A stretch of 64,000 bases of DNA from Xenorhabdus szentirmaii DSM 16338 (GCF_002632585.1 NZ_NIBV01000001.1:476595-540594); one strand, 5' to 3'; positions 49,258 through 62,408 are shown, counted from the first letter of the stretch. The notes: generated from the sequence alone by a model not told the origin. Numbers and translations: made by a program.

Positions 49258-50123
49258 AACTCCAACTTCATAATTTAATTCTGAAAAAACACTGGCATAA
49301 TAGGAATATCTTTATGTTTATCATTCTTGCGGCAACAAGCTCCCTCCTGATAAAGAAATATCAGTTAATAATGAATTTAAGATCATTTTTTGATCGACCT
49401 TATTAAAATTTAAACTTCAATAATTATATGACCTGTATGCGATTTTGCAGAATATAAATAATATCTAAATCACAAAAAACAAAATAATAACTAATTGATC
49501 ATAGTTAATCCTGCCTCCAATTTTAAATTAATCGTCCTGATATGCAGTACGATAACTGTACATCAGTTTACTTTCCTATGTTTAGAAAGAGAGGTAAATC
49601 GAAACATACCAAGAAAAATAAACAATTTCGCAACAATTCATATTCTCTTATACTTTATACTGTTTTTATTTTAACCAGACACAGAGTACCTGAGTAATCC
49701 AAAGTAAAATAATAACTATTTGTTTTTGCAAAATTAATCAAATTAAAGGCACTTTTATTATCAAGATAACTTAAAACCAGATCCAACGCCCCTTTTCTTA
49801 TCAACTTCCTTTTTAAACTTCACTAATCAATAAATAAAGTTTTATTGATCGAGAAATGATTTTATGGTGGAATAAAAAACCTGATAATCAGGAAAATGCA
49901 GATCAAAAATCTACTCGTTAATTGCCAAGCAATATTCATTAACCATTTTTTAAAATCTTAGTTCAGGCAATGTCATGTTGTCATTTTTTTAATCCGTAAT
50001 GACGTGATGCTTTCTTCCTGAAAGCCCGACGCATGATTGACGTCAAACAGAAGACAATATTCTAAAACACATGGGTTATTTCTGGCCGTCGCCTGATATT
50101 TTTATTGTTGCAGGTTTATATCT

Positions 50124-53117
50124 ATGAACAAAAAATTCGATAAGCCGTGGCTACCGGATCAGCAATATTTGCTAAAACGTGTAGCTTGGGTAAACATTGT
50201 CACCCAACTTGTATTTCCGGTTGCTTGCGCATTGAATCCTGTTATTGCTAATGCAGAAACACAAACGACTTTTCAAAATGAAATACGCACATTATCAACA
50301 GAGCCGTATATTCTAAAATCAGGGGAAACAGTCAATATTGTTGCCAAGCGGTATGGTTTAACCGTCGACGACTTAAAAAAGATCAATCAACTGCGTACCT
50401 TTGATAAACCTTTTATCGCTCTTGGTGCCGGCAGCGAGATTGATGTCCCTAACCCCCGAACCAATAAATTTTTGCCTTTTAATTATTCGGCACTCAGTCA
50501 GGCTTCCGCTACCGATGAAAAGCCTCGTCGCTTGGCTGAAATAGCTTCCCGGCTGGGGAGTTTATTATCCCATGGGAATATTGAGCATAGTGCAACAAGT
50601 CAGTTGAGTCATCTGGCAATGGGAGAAGCCAATCAACAAATTCAAAATTGGTTAGGGCGCTATGGTACAGCCCGTGTGCAAGCCAATATCGACAATCATG
50701 GTCATTTAAATGGCAGCCAGCTCGATATGCTTTTGCCTTTGCATGATACTCGCTCTCAAATGGCTTTCACCCAATTTGGCCTGCGCCGTATCGATAAACG
50801 CAGTACTTTTAATGTCGGCGTCGGGCAACGCCATTTTTTTGATGACTGGATGCTGGGTTACAATGCTTTTCTTGACCATGACTTAACCGGTGATAATACT
50901 CGTTTTGGCCTTGGTGCAGAATATGCCCGTGATTATCTGAAATTAGGCGTGAACAGTTACTTGCGTTTAAGTCACTGGAAAGAATCCCGCATGTTGACAG
51001 ATTATGATGAGCGCCCTGCCAACGGTTTCGATCTGAGGGCACAAGGCTATGTCCCTTCTTTGCCTCAACTTGGCGGGAAATTAGTGTATGAGCACTATTT
51101 CGGGGATGAAGTCGGATTAATCAATAAAGATCACCGGGGAAAAAATCCGTCTGCTTTTACAGCGGGAATTAATTATACCCCTATTCCTTTACTGACTTTC
51201 GAAATTGACCGCAAGCAAGCGGGATCAGGTCATGGGGAAACACAATTCAATGTGGAACTGAATTATGAAATCGGTACTCCGTGGGCAAAACAGATTGATC
51301 CGGATGCAGTCACACTCAAGCGCACCCTGCAAGGCGGTCGTTACGATTTAGTCGATCGCAATAATCAGATCGTTTTGGAGTACCGTAAACGTGAAGTCAT
51401 CTCCCTGACAATGGATAATTCTCTGATCGGTTATGAGGGAGATACCAAACCTCTTCATATTAGCATCAAGAGCAAATATGGGCTTAAAGAGATCCAGTGG
51501 AATGCCCCAAGGCTATTTGCCAACGGCGGCATAATCAAATCTCAGGATGGAATACATTACTCACTGACTTTGCCTGAATACCAAGCGCAGGGAAACAATA
51601 CCTACACCGTAGACGCGATTGCCTACGATAAAAAAGGAAATGCTTCCAAGCAAGCAGAAATGCAACTGCAAGTATTGAGTGAAGAAGCCAGTGCCACTCA
51701 GTCTAGTTTTACAGCAAAAGATAAAAAATTAATCGCTGATGGGCATTCAAATACGCTTCTCATACTGACACTGAAAAATAAAGAAGGAAATCCTGTCCGC
51801 GGGCAGGCCTCAGATATTACCTTAACCACCAGCGGGTTAGGCGGGGAAGGCAGCGATCCCAAAATCGAAGCGATGAAAGAGTCTCAGCCAGGTATTTACC
51901 AGTCCCAGCTTACTGCAGGCAAAAAGACCGGAATACTGAAAATTACACCACGAGTACACGGTGTGACCATCAAACCGGTTGAAATCGCGTTCGTGCATCC
52001 TAATACCCCCATTGTCAAAAATCTGGCTCTCGTTGGTAAGTTAGAGATGGGGCAAAAATTGAGTGCGATTTATACCTTTGACGCCAATCATGGCGATACG
52101 GTAGATAAATCGCGCTATATATGGGGCAATAAGGGGAATACTGATATCACCAAAGGTCATATCATCTCTGAGTCCGGCAAAATTCCTGACTATACCCTGA
52201 CTCTGGAAGATGCAGGAACAGTAAAAGAGATTGCAGTACAGGCTCAGAATGAGCTTGGGCTCACCGGTAATACGGCAGTCGTTGATACCAGCATGAGTGC
52301 CGGACAAGGTAATCATACTCATGATGGCGGGAAAAACGGCACTGTCAGAGGGCTTGCCGATAAAATGACAGTCACGATGAGTGACACGAAAGTCAAAAGA
52401 GATGAGCCAATTACCCTGAAAATAGAAACATTCAATCACGGGCAGTCAGTCAGAAATGTCTCTGTCAACGTGAAAGCTGTTCAGGCAATGAACCGTCAGA
52501 AGCATGATGAGAAAATCACAATACTGCTCAATGGCAACCTTGGAGAAACACAAGCTTATACCGATGATCAAGGTGTACTTTCTCTTCCCGTGGCAGATCC
52601 GTTCGGGCTTGGAGTAAAAACGACACTGTCAGTCACAGCAGATGGCACGGCACCTTCTGAGACGAGAGATGTCACTTTCACGGTTGCAACCAGCCCTGAT
52701 GTTGATGTGGCAAACTTTTGGGGACATATGGCTGATACGATCACCGTTAATGGTATGACTTTCACACGCCCACTACTGGAAACTGAGATAGTCAAGAATG
52801 GAGATCACAGGCATGAAACTATTATTACTGAGTATGGTGAAATCTGGCCACGCCGCATGAATACAGGCGCCAATTGGTTCTGTAAGAAGGAAACCGATAC
52901 TGTACCGACAAAAGACGAATTACTGAGTCTGTACCAGACCTATCCTGAAAACAGAATTCATGAGCTATTCGGCTGGCCACAACACCGCTCTTATCGTACT
53001 TCAACACCGGCAATTAATGATAAAGGGAAAACTGCCCATTATGCCGTGAACATCAGCGATGGATACGCGCATGTCATTGATGAAGATGTCACTGATTATG
53101 TGACCTGTAAGCAATAA
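50124..53117 (+). CDS. Intimin/invasin-family inverse autotransporter adhesin (LysM, beta-barrel, Big repeats, C-terminal lectin-like domain).
   Basis: 997 aa with a long signal peptide, a LysM block YILKSGETVNIVAKRYGLTVDDLKKINQL, Big-like repeats and a C-terminal Cys pair. Confidence 0.75.
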   Translation: MNKKFDKPWLPDQQYLLKRVAWVNIVTQLVFPVACALNPVIANAETQTTFQNEIRTLSTEPYILKSGETVNIVAKRYGLTVDDLKKINQLRTFDKPFIALGAGSEIDVPNPRTNKFLPFNYSALSQASATDEKPRRLAEIASRLGSLLSHGNIEHSATSQLSHLAMGEANQQIQNWLGRYGTARVQANIDNHGHLNGSQLDMLLPLHDTRSQMAFTQFGLRRIDKRSTFNVGVGQRHFFDDWMLGYNAFLDHDLTGDNTRFGLGAEYARDYLKLGVNSYLRLSHWKESRMLTDYDERPANGFDLRAQGYVPSLPQLGGKLVYEHYFGDEVGLINKDHRGKNPSAFTAGINYTPIPLLTFEIDRKQAGSGHGETQFNVELNYEIGTPWAKQIDPDAVTLKRTLQGGRYDLVDRNNQIVLEYRKREVISLTMDNSLIGYEGDTKPLHISIKSKYGLKEIQWNAPRLFANGGIIKSQDGIHYSLTLPEYQAQGNNTYTVDAIAYDKKGNASKQAEMQLQVLSEEASATQSSFTAKDKKLIADGHSNTLLILTLKNKEGNPVRGQASDITLTTSGLGGEGSDPKIEAMKESQPGIYQSQLTAGKKTGILKITPRVHGVTIKPVEIAFVHPNTPIVKNLALVGKLEMGQKLSAIYTFDANHGDTVDKSRYIWGNKGNTDITKGHIISESGKIPDYTLTLEDAGTVKEIAVQAQNELGLTGNTAVVDTSMSAGQGNHTHDGGKNGTVRGLADKMTVTMSDTKVKRDEPITLKIETFNHGQSVRNVSVNVKAVQAMNRQKHDEKITILLNGNLGETQAYTDDQGVLSLPVADPFGLGVKTTLSVTADGTAPSETRDVTFTVATSPDVDVANFWGHMADTITVNGMTFTRPLLETEIVKNGDHRHETIITEYGEIWPRRMNTGANWFCKKETDTVPTKDELLSLYQTYPENRIHELFGWPQHRSYRTSTPAINDKGKTAHYAVNISDGYAHVIDEDVTDYVTCKQ

Positions 53118-53322
53118 TCTGTTTATTGGCGATTAGCGAAAAAAACTGACGAAAATATCCGCCCTGATCTGGGCGGATCACCTTCCCCACACTGATATTG
53201 GTTGATTTATTACCAATCCCTTGCCAACTTCTGGCACACTCTATCTGCCAATGTCCTATTGACGAGGCTAAATTCCACCTTTGATAATGGCTGATTCAAT
53301 TTATTAATCACTCAATAAAAAT

Positions 53323-55020
53323 ATGTACGAATTTAACCTCGTGTTGTTATTGCTTCAGCAAATGTGTGTCTATCTGGTCATCGCCTGGCTGCTGAGCAAA
53401 ACACCACTATTCATCCCCTTGCTGCAAGTTACTGTACGCTTGCCACACAAGTTGATGTGCTACATTGTTTTTTCCATTTTTTGCATTATGGGCACTTATT
53501 TCGGGCTGAACGTCAATGATTCCATCGCGAATACCCGAGCTATCGGTGCGGTACTGGGAGGCTTTCTCGGCGGCCCAACGGTAGGGGCAATGGTGGGATT
53601 TACCGGAGGGTTGCACCGTTATTCTCTCGGAGGGATGACTGCATTCAGTTGTATGGTATCCACAATTGTGGAAGGCGTGTTGGGTGGCCTGGTACACAGT
53701 TATCTCATGAAGCGGGGGCAGATTAATAAGTTATTGAATCCTTGGACAGCCGCCATTGTGACGTTCTTCGCTGAATGCGCCCAAATGGGCATAATTTTGC
53801 TACTGGCTACCCCTTTCGATGAAGCGCTGAGTTTGGTGAAAGATATCGCGGCTCCCATGATCATCGCTAACAGTATTGGCTCCGCCATGTTTATTCGCAT
53901 TTTGTTGGATAGACGCGCTATTTTCGAAAAATATACCAGTGCTTTTTCTGCTCAGGCGCTGAAAATTGCTGTCTGCACAGAAGGCATACTGCGTAAGGGG
54001 TTCAACGAAGACAACAGTATGCGTGTAGCCAAAGTGATTTATCAGGAGCTGGAAATAGGCGCTGTCGCTATCACTGACAGGGAAAAATTACTGGCATTTA
54101 TCGGCATTGGTTCCGATCACCATTTGCCCGGAACGCCCATAGCTTCGGCGCAATCACGCCAATCCATTGAAAACAATGAAGTCGTATATGCTGATGGTAA
54201 TGAGACTCCTTATTGTTGTTCTCTTGACCCAACTTGTAAACTTGGCTCTGCTCTGGTGATCCCTTTGCGAGGGGAAAATCAGCAAGTGCTCGGCAGCATC
54301 AAACTTTACGAGGCCAAAAATCGTTTATTCAGCTCAATCAACCGAACATTGGGTGAGGGTATTGCCAGTTTGCTTTCTGCCCAAATTCTTGCCGGACAGT
54401 ATGAACGCAATAAGCAATCTTTACTGCAATCAGAAGTGAAGCTGCTTCATGCGCAAGTGAACCCTCACTTTTTATTTAATGCCCTGAATACATTACAGGC
54501 AGTGATCCGACGGGATAAACAGCAAGCGGGCCAATTGGTACAATATCTTTCAACATTTTTCCGTAAAAATTTGAAGCGGCCGGAAGAAATCGCCACACTG
54601 GAGAATGAAATAGAGCATGTAAATGCTTACTTACAAATAGAGAAGGCGCGCTTCTGTGAACACCTTCAAGTCACCATAGAGATACCAGAATTCCTGAGCA
54701 CGGCAAAATTACCTGCATTCTCTCTGCAACCCATGGTAGAGAATGCCATTAAACACGGTACATCACAGTTGCTTGATATAGGAAAGATTACCATCAGAGC
54801 TTATCAGGAAGATAATTTGCTAACAGTAGAGATAGAAGATAATGCGGGGCTTTATTGTCCCAAACATGCAGGAGATGGACTTGGGATGAGTCTGGTAGAT
54901 AAACGTCTACAGCTTCGTTATGGTAAGCAGTATGGCATCAGTGTTCATTGCCAATCAGAAGAATTTACCCGTGTCATTTTACGTTTACCATTGGAAAAAG
55001 AGGCTAAAGAGGCAGCGTAA
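53323..55020 (+). CDS. btsS: LytS-type sensor histidine kinase (5TM-Lyt, GAF, HisKA/HATPase).
   Basis: 565 aa. The partner is a close YehT/BtsR homolog. Confidence 0.8.
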   Translation: MYEFNLVLLLLQQMCVYLVIAWLLSKTPLFIPLLQVTVRLPHKLMCYIVFSIFCIMGTYFGLNVNDSIANTRAIGAVLGGFLGGPTVGAMVGFTGGLHRYSLGGMTAFSCMVSTIVEGVLGGLVHSYLMKRGQINKLLNPWTAAIVTFFAECAQMGIILLLATPFDEALSLVKDIAAPMIIANSIGSAMFIRILLDRRAIFEKYTSAFSAQALKIAVCTEGILRKGFNEDNSMRVAKVIYQELEIGAVAITDREKLLAFIGIGSDHHLPGTPIASAQSRQSIENNEVVYADGNETPYCCSLDPTCKLGSALVIPLRGENQQVLGSIKLYEAKNRLFSSINRTLGEGIASLLSAQILAGQYERNKQSLLQSEVKLLHAQVNPHFLFNALNTLQAVIRRDKQQAGQLVQYLSTFFRKNLKRPEEIATLENEIEHVNAYLQIEKARFCEHLQVTIEIPEFLSTAKLPAFSLQPMVENAIKHGTSQLLDIGKITIRAYQEDNLLTVEIEDNAGLYCPKHAGDGLGMSLVDKRLQLRYGKQYGISVHCQSEEFTRVILRLPLEKEAKEAA

Positions 55021-55022
55021 AG

Positions 55023-55745
55023 ATGAATATATTGATTGTTGATGATGAGCCGTTGGCTCGTGAGAATCTACGTTGTCTATTGGAAAAAGAAACAGATATT
55101 CAGATCATGGGGGAATGTGCCAACGCCGTAGAAGCCATTGGTGCTATCCATCGCCTGAAACCGGATGTCGTTTTCCTCGATATCCAGATGCCCCGCATTA
55201 CCGGTCTGGAAATGGTAGGAATGCTCGATCCGGAGCATCGCCCTTATATCGTTTTTCTGACGGCTTTTGATGAATATGCAGTGCAAGCCTTTGAAGAACA
55301 TGCGTTCGATTATTTATTGAAGCCGCTGGAAAAAGGGCGGCTGAGCAAAACACTACAACGGCTGCGTTCTGGTTATCAGAAGCAGAATCTGGCGGAATTA
55401 CAACGCGAAGATGAGCAACTGAAATATATTCCTTGCACAGGCCGCAGCCGGATATGGCTGATGCCGCTGGATGATGTTTTGTATGTCACTTCCCGCCTGA
55501 GCGGTGTATATGTGATGAGTGCCAGCGGGCAAGAGGGTTTTACGGAGTTGACTCTGCGTACACTGGAAAGCCGTACGTCACTGATCCGCTGTCACCGGCA
55601 ATATTTGGTCAACATGATTCATTTGCGAGAAATTGTGTTTGGGGAAAGCGGGCAAGCAGAGCTGGTGCTGAGGAATAATGAACAGATCCCGGTTAGCCGT
55701 CGTTATTTGAAACCCCTGAAAGAGGCGTTAGGACTAAATTACTAA
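55023..55745 (+). CDS. btsR: LytTR-family response regulator.
   Basis: Near-collinear with E. coli YehT/BtsR ([14 protein letters not shown]...[35 protein letters not shown]). Confidence 0.85.
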   Translation: MNILIVDDEPLARENLRCLLEKETDIQIMGECANAVEAIGAIHRLKPDVVFLDIQMPRITGLEMVGMLDPEHRPYIVFLTAFDEYAVQAFEEHAFDYLLKPLEKGRLSKTLQRLRSGYQKQNLAELQREDEQLKYIPCTGRSRIWLMPLDDVLYVTSRLSGVYVMSASGQEGFTELTLRTLESRTSLIRCHRQYLVNMIHLREIVFGESGQAELVLRNNEQIPVSRRYLKPLKEALGLNY

Positions 55746-55920
55746 GGAACGGAAATTCCTACAATGTTCAGAACTGTTTAACTCACTCGCTGAGTTCCTG
55801 CTTCAACGGGTAGCCTGACTTGCACCGTTCCTCTACAGGCAAGCATGATGTACCGCGCCACCAAGATATTGCGCGCGCCGTTTATAGCAGTGTTTTATGT
55901 ATGACCACAGCCACCCATAG

Positions 55921-55950
55921 CCACATAACCACATAACCACATAACCACAT
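55921..55950. repeat. Octamer tandem repeat (CCACATAA) x3-4.
   Basis: ccacataaccacataaccacataaccacat. Confidence 0.8.
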
Positions 55951-56264
55951 GCACCATAACTACCTGCGCCATAACGACATGCGCTATATGTCACATATTC
56001 GAACCGACTTGTGACTGACGATTTTCTTTTACAGTGAGATTTTCTTTCACAGTGAGGAGATAAACAGTTCACAAAAGATGTTAACAAATAGCCTGGATAT
56101 CCCGGCGGTTATTCACATTGAGCAAAAAGGAAATATGATATAAAGCGCACTGCATTGAAACATGACGTTGAAGCTTGAAGCAATGGTTGGAAAACTTAGC
56201 TGAATTACAGAGTAGCCAACTGGTGGCGATTGTCTCTTTCATATCTGATTTCTAACATAAGATT

Positions 56265-56726
56265 GTGGCAATTTTGCCCCAAAAATTCGGTGTTGATATG
56301 TCATTCAATTCTGACAAGGAAAAACGCTTGATATATTTTTATCTTAAGATAAAGACAAACAGGATGATCCTGAAAAACATTAATACCCAGAAAGAATTTG
56401 AGATTGAAGGAAACTTTAGTTCGTCCCGTTTGCTGATTGGTGAGTTTCATGACGCCCACCGTCAATTAGTCAAATTACTGAGACGGCATCACTTCCGAAA
56501 AGGGCTCAGATGGTTTTTAGATTGGAGAAATCGGATCATTATCCATCCTCTGGAGAAAAGCGAAGGCGGTTTATGTTCTGTGGAACAACGGATATTGACA
56601 GAAGTCGTACACATCAGTTTCCGTGGCTATATCAATGAAGCCGTCATCTATGAAGGTGAACACTTACTTTCAGATGAAGAAGTTAAGGCGCAATTAAATA
56701 AGCGATTCCCTATCAAATGGAGCTAA
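56265..56726 (+). CDS. Hypothetical protein.
   Basis: 153-aa ORF with no recognisable motif. The start is uncertain. Confidence 0.4.
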   Translation: MAILPQKFGVDMSFNSDKEKRLIYFYLKIKTNRMILKNINTQKEFEIEGNFSSSRLLIGEFHDAHRQLVKLLRRHHFRKGLRWFLDWRNRIIIHPLEKSEGGLCSVEQRILTEVVHISFRGYINEAVIYEGEHLLSDEEVKAQLNKRFPIKWS

Positions 56727-56933
56727 ATCAATCCCCTTCCACCCCATAAAACTACATTCATACATAGCTTCATATTCTCTATAAATATCAAACGGAACAC
56801 ATAACAAAAGCCCTTTCCGATGAAAGAAAGGGCTTTATTTCCGGCATTTTTCAAAACCGCAGCTAACCCGGCCACTCAAGCGACGAATACATTATTCGTC
56901 GCTTGGGCTATTGGGTGACTTATTTATGCGTTT

Positions 56934-58874
56934 TTATGCGTTGCTCGCACTATTGCTGTTGCTTTGACGACGGCGTGGAGCACCGCCATTAAAATCATCA
57001 TTGCTGCGGCCACGGAAAGAACCACGCTCACCGCCACCACGACGTTCGTTATTAAAACGACGGCCGCCATTGTTGCCTGCATTATCACGATCACGACGCT
57101 GACCATTGCCACCACCGTTGCGGCCACCACCACTGCGACGCTCACGGCGCTCGAATGGTTGTGCATCACCCATCAACTGCATGTTCAGAGGCTTGTTCAG
57201 AATGCGAGTGCGGGTAAAGTGAGACAATAATTCGCCCGGCATTCCTTTTGGCAGCTCAATCGTGGAGTGAGTCGCGAACAGTTTGATATTGCCAATATAA
57301 CGGCTGCTGATATCGCCTTCGTTAGCAATTGCGCCCACGATATGACGAACTTCAACACCATCATCACGGCCCACTTCAATGCGATACAGTTCCATATCAC
57401 CCACATCACGACGTTCACGACGCGGACGGTCACCTTTGTCACCACGATCACCTCGGTCACCGCGGTCACCTCTGTCACGATCACCGAAACCATTTCCATT
57501 ACGGCGACGGTCATCACGGTCGTTGAATTCACGGCGAGGGCGGCGAACTGGATCTGGTGGCAGGATCAGTGGGCGCTCACCTTGTGCCATTTTCAGCAGG
57601 GCAGCAGCCAGAGTTTCCATATCCAGCTCTTCATCCGTACCCAATTTAGACAACAGTGCACGGTATTGATCCAAATCGCTGCTTTCCAGTTGTTGCTGGA
57701 CATTAGCCGCAAATTTCTCCAGACGACGCTGACCCAGCAGTTCTGCATTTGGCAGTTCAACTTCAGGAATAGTCAGCTTCATGGTGCGTTCGACGTTACG
57801 CAGCAAACGGCGTTCACGGTTTTCAACGAACAGCAGAGCACGACCCGCACGGCCTGCACGGCCTGTACGACCAATGCGGTGTACGTAGGATTCTGCATCC
57901 ATTGGGATGTCATAGTTAACAACCAGACTGATACGCTCAACATCCAGACCACGGGCAGCAACATCAGTTGCAATCAGGATATCTAAACGACCATCTTTCA
58001 AGCGTTCAAGTGTCTGCTCACGCAGGGCCTGGTTCATGTCACCATTCAGTGCCGCAGAGTTGTAACCGTTACGCTCCAGCGTTTCAGCCACTTCCAGCGT
58101 TGCATTTTTGGTACGCACGAAAATGATCGCAGCATCAAAATCTTCTGCTTCAAGGAAACGTACCAGTGCTTCGTTTTTACGCATACCGTAAACAGACCAG
58201 TAGCTCTGGCTGATGTCAGGACGGTTTGTCACGCTGCTCTGAATACGAACTTCCTGTGGATCATTCATGAAACGACGGGTAATGCGGCGAATCGCTTCCG
58301 GCATGGTTGCTGAGAACAGGGCTGTCTGGTGTTCAGCAGGGATCTGGCTCATGATATTTTCAACATCTTCGATGAAGCCCATGCGCAACATTTCGTCAGC
58401 TTCATCCAGAACCAAACCTTTCAGGTTGGACAGATCCAATGTTCCACGCTTCAGGTGGTCCAACAGACGGCCCGGCGTTCCCACAACAACTTGTGGTCCC
58501 TGACGCAGAGCACGTAATTGAACGTCGTAACGCTGTCCACCGTAAAGTGCGACAACATTTACGCTACGCATATGTTTAGAGAAATCTGAACATGCTTCGG
58601 CAACCTGTACCGCCAGTTCACGGGTAGGAGCCAACACAAGAATTTGTGGCGCTTTAAGTTCAGCATCAATGTTATGCAACAACGGCAGACTGAATGCCGC
58701 AGTTTTACCACTACCGGTCTGCGCCATGCCCAGCACGTCGCGGCCGTTCAGCAGGTGAGGAATACATTGTTGTTGAATAGGAGATGGCTTTTCATAGCCC
58801 ATGTCTCCCAGTGCAGAAAGAATAGGTGCCGATAAACCTAAATCAGCAAAAGAGATTTCAGTCTCAGTGGTCAT
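56934..58874 (-). CDS. deaD: Cold-shock DEAD-box RNA helicase DeaD/CsdA.
   Basis: N-terminus [31 protein letters not shown] matches E. coli DeaD. It has DEAD motifs and a C-terminal RGD/RGG-rich tail. The start is at the second in-frame Met of the ORF-track ORF. Confidence 0.9.
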   Translation of the reverse strand: MTTETEISFADLGLSAPILSALGDMGYEKPSPIQQQCIPHLLNGRDVLGMAQTGSGKTAAFSLPLLHNIDAELKAPQILVLAPTRELAVQVAEACSDFSKHMRSVNVVALYGGQRYDVQLRALRQGPQVVVGTPGRLLDHLKRGTLDLSNLKGLVLDEADEMLRMGFIEDVENIMSQIPAEHQTALFSATMPEAIRRITRRFMNDPQEVRIQSSVTNRPDISQSYWSVYGMRKNEALVRFLEAEDFDAAIIFVRTKNATLEVAETLERNGYNSAALNGDMNQALREQTLERLKDGRLDILIATDVAARGLDVERISLVVNYDIPMDAESYVHRIGRTGRAGRAGRALLFVENRERRLLRNVERTMKLTIPEVELPNAELLGQRRLEKFAANVQQQLESSDLDQYRALLSKLGTDEELDMETLAAALLKMAQGERPLILPPDPVRRPRREFNDRDDRRRNGNGFGDRDRGDRGDRGDRGDKGDRPRRERRDVGDMELYRIEVGRDDGVEVRHIVGAIANEGDISSRYIGNIKLFATHSTIELPKGMPGELLSHFTRTRILNKPLNMQLMGDAQPFERRERRSGGGRNGGGNGQRRDRDNAGNNGGRRFNNERRGGGERGSFRGRSNDDFNGGAPRRRQSNSNSASNA

Positions 58875-59045
58875 GTAATGGTGCCTCATTAATCGTGGCG
58901 GCCAGTCTACATAACACAGTGAAAAGAATTTCTGTCATTTTCATTTAAAATGTGAACTGGCTCAAATTATGTTATTAAACGAACAAACAAGCCCCCATCT
59001 CTTAAGGATGTGGACTTAAAAATCTGTCGTAAAAATGTTCGTCAG

Positions 59046-59930
59046 CTATTGTTGGTTCGATTCCGATAAGTCATCTTGTCTTTGGCCCAATAATGCCAAT
59101 TCCAACAATGCGTAGCGGTGCTCAACAAAGTTATGCACATTGTTAGCTACCGTCAGCTTGAATAACGCAGCTGCGCTATCCTCATCCCCCAGACTTAGGT
59201 AATGTTTACCTAAATAGAAGTCAGTTTCACTGAGATGCTCAGCGAGCGAAGTGTTATCCGCTGAATTCTGTTGCAAACGCACCATCAGTGTTTTTTCACT
59301 GATTTTGCCCAGATAGAATTCAACGATATTCCAGCCCCATAGCCCCCGGTTCGCTTTGTCAAAATGGTACGACAAATTTGTCATTGCAACCTTAGGATCG
59401 ATTTTTTCTTCCACAAGGTACAACCACAACGAACGGAAGGGATCATTTGGATCGTCTTGATAAAACGCCTGCAGATCATCCTGCGCCAATTGATAGCGGC
59501 CACCGTAATACAGTGCAATGCCGCGATTCATTCGCGCGTAGTTGTAAGTTGGATCAAGCTCTAAAACAGAATCAAACGCTTCATAGGCAGAATCAAAATT
59601 ACCTGCCTGCGTAAAATAAATTCCCAGATAATTAAAAATTTCAGGAATATCAGGGCGGATAGACAAAGCTACTGAAAAATCATTCTGTGCCAATGCCCTC
59701 AGCCCGAGGCTATCATACAGTACACCGCGTTCATATAAAAGCTGTGCATACTCATCTTCTGTAAGTGACCGACTCGCAAGTATTTGTTCCATACGAGCCA
59801 GAATAACCTCTTGTTGCAATGTCGGTTGTAATGGAATAGCAATCAGTTCATTTTTACGCCACCCAGTGCTGCCACATCCTACAAGGAAAAAAATAGCCGC
59901 AACATAACACCAGCGCAGAAAAGAATTCAT
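59046..59930 (-). CDS. nlpI: TPR lipoprotein NlpI.
   Basis: Lipobox LVGC and TPR repeats. It sits between deaD and pnp as in E. coli. Confidence 0.9.
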   Translation of the reverse strand: MNSFLRWCYVAAIFFLVGCGSTGWRKNELIAIPLQPTLQQEVILARMEQILASRSLTEDEYAQLLYERGVLYDSLGLRALAQNDFSVALSIRPDIPEIFNYLGIYFTQAGNFDSAYEAFDSVLELDPTYNYARMNRGIALYYGGRYQLAQDDLQAFYQDDPNDPFRSLWLYLVEEKIDPKVAMTNLSYHFDKANRGLWGWNIVEFYLGKISEKTLMVRLQQNSADNTSLAEHLSETDFYLGKHYLSLGDEDSAAALFKLTVANNVHNFVEHRYALLELALLGQRQDDLSESNQQ

Positions 59931-60116
59931 TTCCCACTCCCGAAGTCAGACATTAATCAGAATGCCCAGTTACTCCACCCACATTGTATGTTTCAGGCAT
60001 CCTGCCCAAAACGGACTTTTCCCTTCATCTTCCAATTTTAGCTTTTTGGCTCCAATTAGAAAAATATCGGGATAAGCCGGCGCCCTTTTTACAGGACGCC
60101 GCTCTTTACGTCAAAT

Positions 60117-62246
60117 TTATTCTACTGATGACTGTGGTGCTGCATCGGTAGGAGCCACTGCTTCTTTCATGCTCAGACGGATACGACCCTGACGATCGAT
60201 CTCCAATACCTTAACCGGTACTTCCTGACCCATTTGCAGATAATCAGTGACTTTCTCTACACGTTTGTCCGCAATTTGAGAAATATGCACAAGACCTTCT
60301 TTACCGCCACCGATAGCAACGAATGCACCAAAATCAACAATGCGGGTCACTTTACCGTTGTAGATGCGGCCAACTTCAACTTCAGCAGTGATTTCTTCAA
60401 TACGGCTGATAGCATGACGTGCTTTGTCACCGTCAGTTGCGGCGATCTTCACGGTACCGTCATCTTCGATTTCAATGGTGGTGCCGGTTTCTTCGGTCAA
60501 TGCACGGATCACAGAACCACCTTTACCGATCACATCCTTGATCTTGTCCGGATTGATCTTGATGGTGTGAATGCGTGGCGCGAACTCAGAGATATCATTG
60601 CGTGGGCCTTCAATGGCCTGCTCCATCACGCTCAGAATATGCAGACGGGCACCTTTGGCTTGGTTCAGCGCAATCTGCATGATTTCACGGGTGATACCTT
60701 CAATCTTGATATCCATCTGCAATGCACTGATACCATCACGGCTACCCGCCACTTTAAAGTCCATGTCGCCCAGATGATCTTCGTCACCCAGAATATCAGA
60801 CAGAACCACAAAGTTATCCCCTTCTTTCACCAGACCCATTGCGATACCCGCAACAGCAGCCTTAATCGGCACACCTGCGTCCATCAATGCCAGTGATGCA
60901 CCACAAACAGAAGCCATGGAAGAAGAACCGTTGGATTCAGTGATTTCAGATACAACGCGAACGGTATACGGGAATTCGCTGGCGCTTGGCATAACAGCCA
61001 GCACACCGCGTTTCGCCAGACGTCCATGGCCGATTTCGCGACGTTTTGGTGAACCAACCATGCCGGTTTCACCTACAGAGTATGGAGGGAAGTTATAGTG
61101 GAACAGGAAGCGATCGGTACGCTCACCCATCAGTTCATCAATAACCTGAGCATCACGCTCTGTACCCAGAGTAGCAGCAACCAGCGCCTGAGTTTCACCA
61201 CGGGTGAACAGGGCTGAACCGTGAGTACGCGGCAGTACACCAGTACGAACGTCCAGAGCACGTACCATGTCTTTTTCACGGCCATCAATACGGGGTGCTC
61301 CGCTCAGAACACGGCTGCGAACAACGTTTTTCTCCAGACCGGACAGCGCATCAAGCACTTCACCTTCTTCCAGCTCAATACCTTTTTCCGCAGATTCTGC
61401 CAGAATAATTGCAGAAACTTCTTCTTTGATGGTATCAACCTGAGTATAACGCTCTTGCTTCTCGGTAATGCGGTAAGCATCGCCCAGACGGCTTTCAGCC
61501 AGTTCAGCAACACGGTCATTCAGTGACTGGTTGATAGGCTCCGGAGACCAGTCCCATTTTTCTTTGCCTGCTTCAGCAGCCAAAGAATTGATGTTTTCAA
61601 TAACAATCTGTTGTTGGTCGTGACCAAACACAACCGCGCCCAGCATTTGTTCTTCTGTCAGCAATTCTGCTTCAGATTCAACCATCAATACCGCACCTTC
61701 TGTACCCGCAACAACCAGATCCAGACGGCTGTGTTTCAGCTCATCGCTGGTTGGGTTCAGGATGTATTGATCGTTGATGTAACCAACACGCGCAGCACCA
61801 ATTGGGCCGTTGAATGGAATACCGGACAGTGCCAGTGCAGCAGACGCACCAATCATGGCAACGATATCAGGGTTGACCTGTGGGTTAACAGAAACAACGG
61901 TTGCAATGATCTGAACTTCGTTCAGGAAACCTTCCGGGAACAGAGGACGCAAAGGACGGTCGATCAGACGGGCAACTAATGTTTCGCCTTCGCCGGGACG
62001 GCCTTCACGACGGAAGAAACTTCCGGGAATACGGCCCGCAGCGTAAGTACGCTCTTGATAGTTAACGGTCAGTGGGAAGAAATCCTGACCTGGTTTTGCT
62101 TTTTTCTGACCTACAACGGTAACAAATACCGCAGTGTCATCCATATTTACCATAACAGCCGCTGTCGCTTGACGAGCCATCATGCCAGTTTCGATGGTCA
62201 CAGTGTGCTGACCATACTGGAATTTACGAACAATCGGATTCAGCAA
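60117..62246 (-). CDS. pnp: Polynucleotide phosphorylase.
   Basis: 709 aa with RNase PH, KH and S1 domains, collinear with E. coli PNPase. Confidence 0.95.
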   Translation of the reverse strand: MLNPIVRKFQYGQHTVTIETGMMARQATAAVMVNMDDTAVFVTVVGQKKAKPGQDFFPLTVNYQERTYAAGRIPGSFFRREGRPGEGETLVARLIDRPLRPLFPEGFLNEVQIIATVVSVNPQVNPDIVAMIGASAALALSGIPFNGPIGAARVGYINDQYILNPTSDELKHSRLDLVVAGTEGAVLMVESEAELLTEEQMLGAVVFGHDQQQIVIENINSLAAEAGKEKWDWSPEPINQSLNDRVAELAESRLGDAYRITEKQERYTQVDTIKEEVSAIILAESAEKGIELEEGEVLDALSGLEKNVVRSRVLSGAPRIDGREKDMVRALDVRTGVLPRTHGSALFTRGETQALVAATLGTERDAQVIDELMGERTDRFLFHYNFPPYSVGETGMVGSPKRREIGHGRLAKRGVLAVMPSASEFPYTVRVVSEITESNGSSSMASVCGASLALMDAGVPIKAAVAGIAMGLVKEGDNFVVLSDILGDEDHLGDMDFKVAGSRDGISALQMDIKIEGITREIMQIALNQAKGARLHILSVMEQAIEGPRNDISEFAPRIHTIKINPDKIKDVIGKGGSVIRALTEETGTTIEIEDDGTVKIAATDGDKARHAISRIEEITAEVEVGRIYNGKVTRIVDFGAFVAIGGGKEGLVHISQIADKRVEKVTDYLQMGQEVPVKVLEIDRQGRIRLSMKEAVAPTDAAPQSSVE

Positions 62247-62408
62247 AATAATTTTCCTTTGATTAGTGTTACCGACTTAGGTTAAGTCTCAGCAACAATG
62301 GACTTTCTCTTCTTGCTACACCCTCACGACTAATGACAGAACTCAGTATTCCTTAAGCACTCTCATTAGCCGCGCGAATCACTGTAGCGGAAGAGATTCA
62401 GGTTTTGG

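Noticed and set aside
55833-56087. 84-aa minus-strand ORF rich in CGY/GYG
   Set aside because: It is generated by the CCACATAA repeats, and no RBS or context supports it.
57267-57986. 239-aa plus-strand ORF, together with other antisense ORFs inside deaD, pnp, nrdD and the YdeP gene
   Set aside because: They lie opposite strongly conserved genes, and their composition reflects antisense of GC-rich codons.
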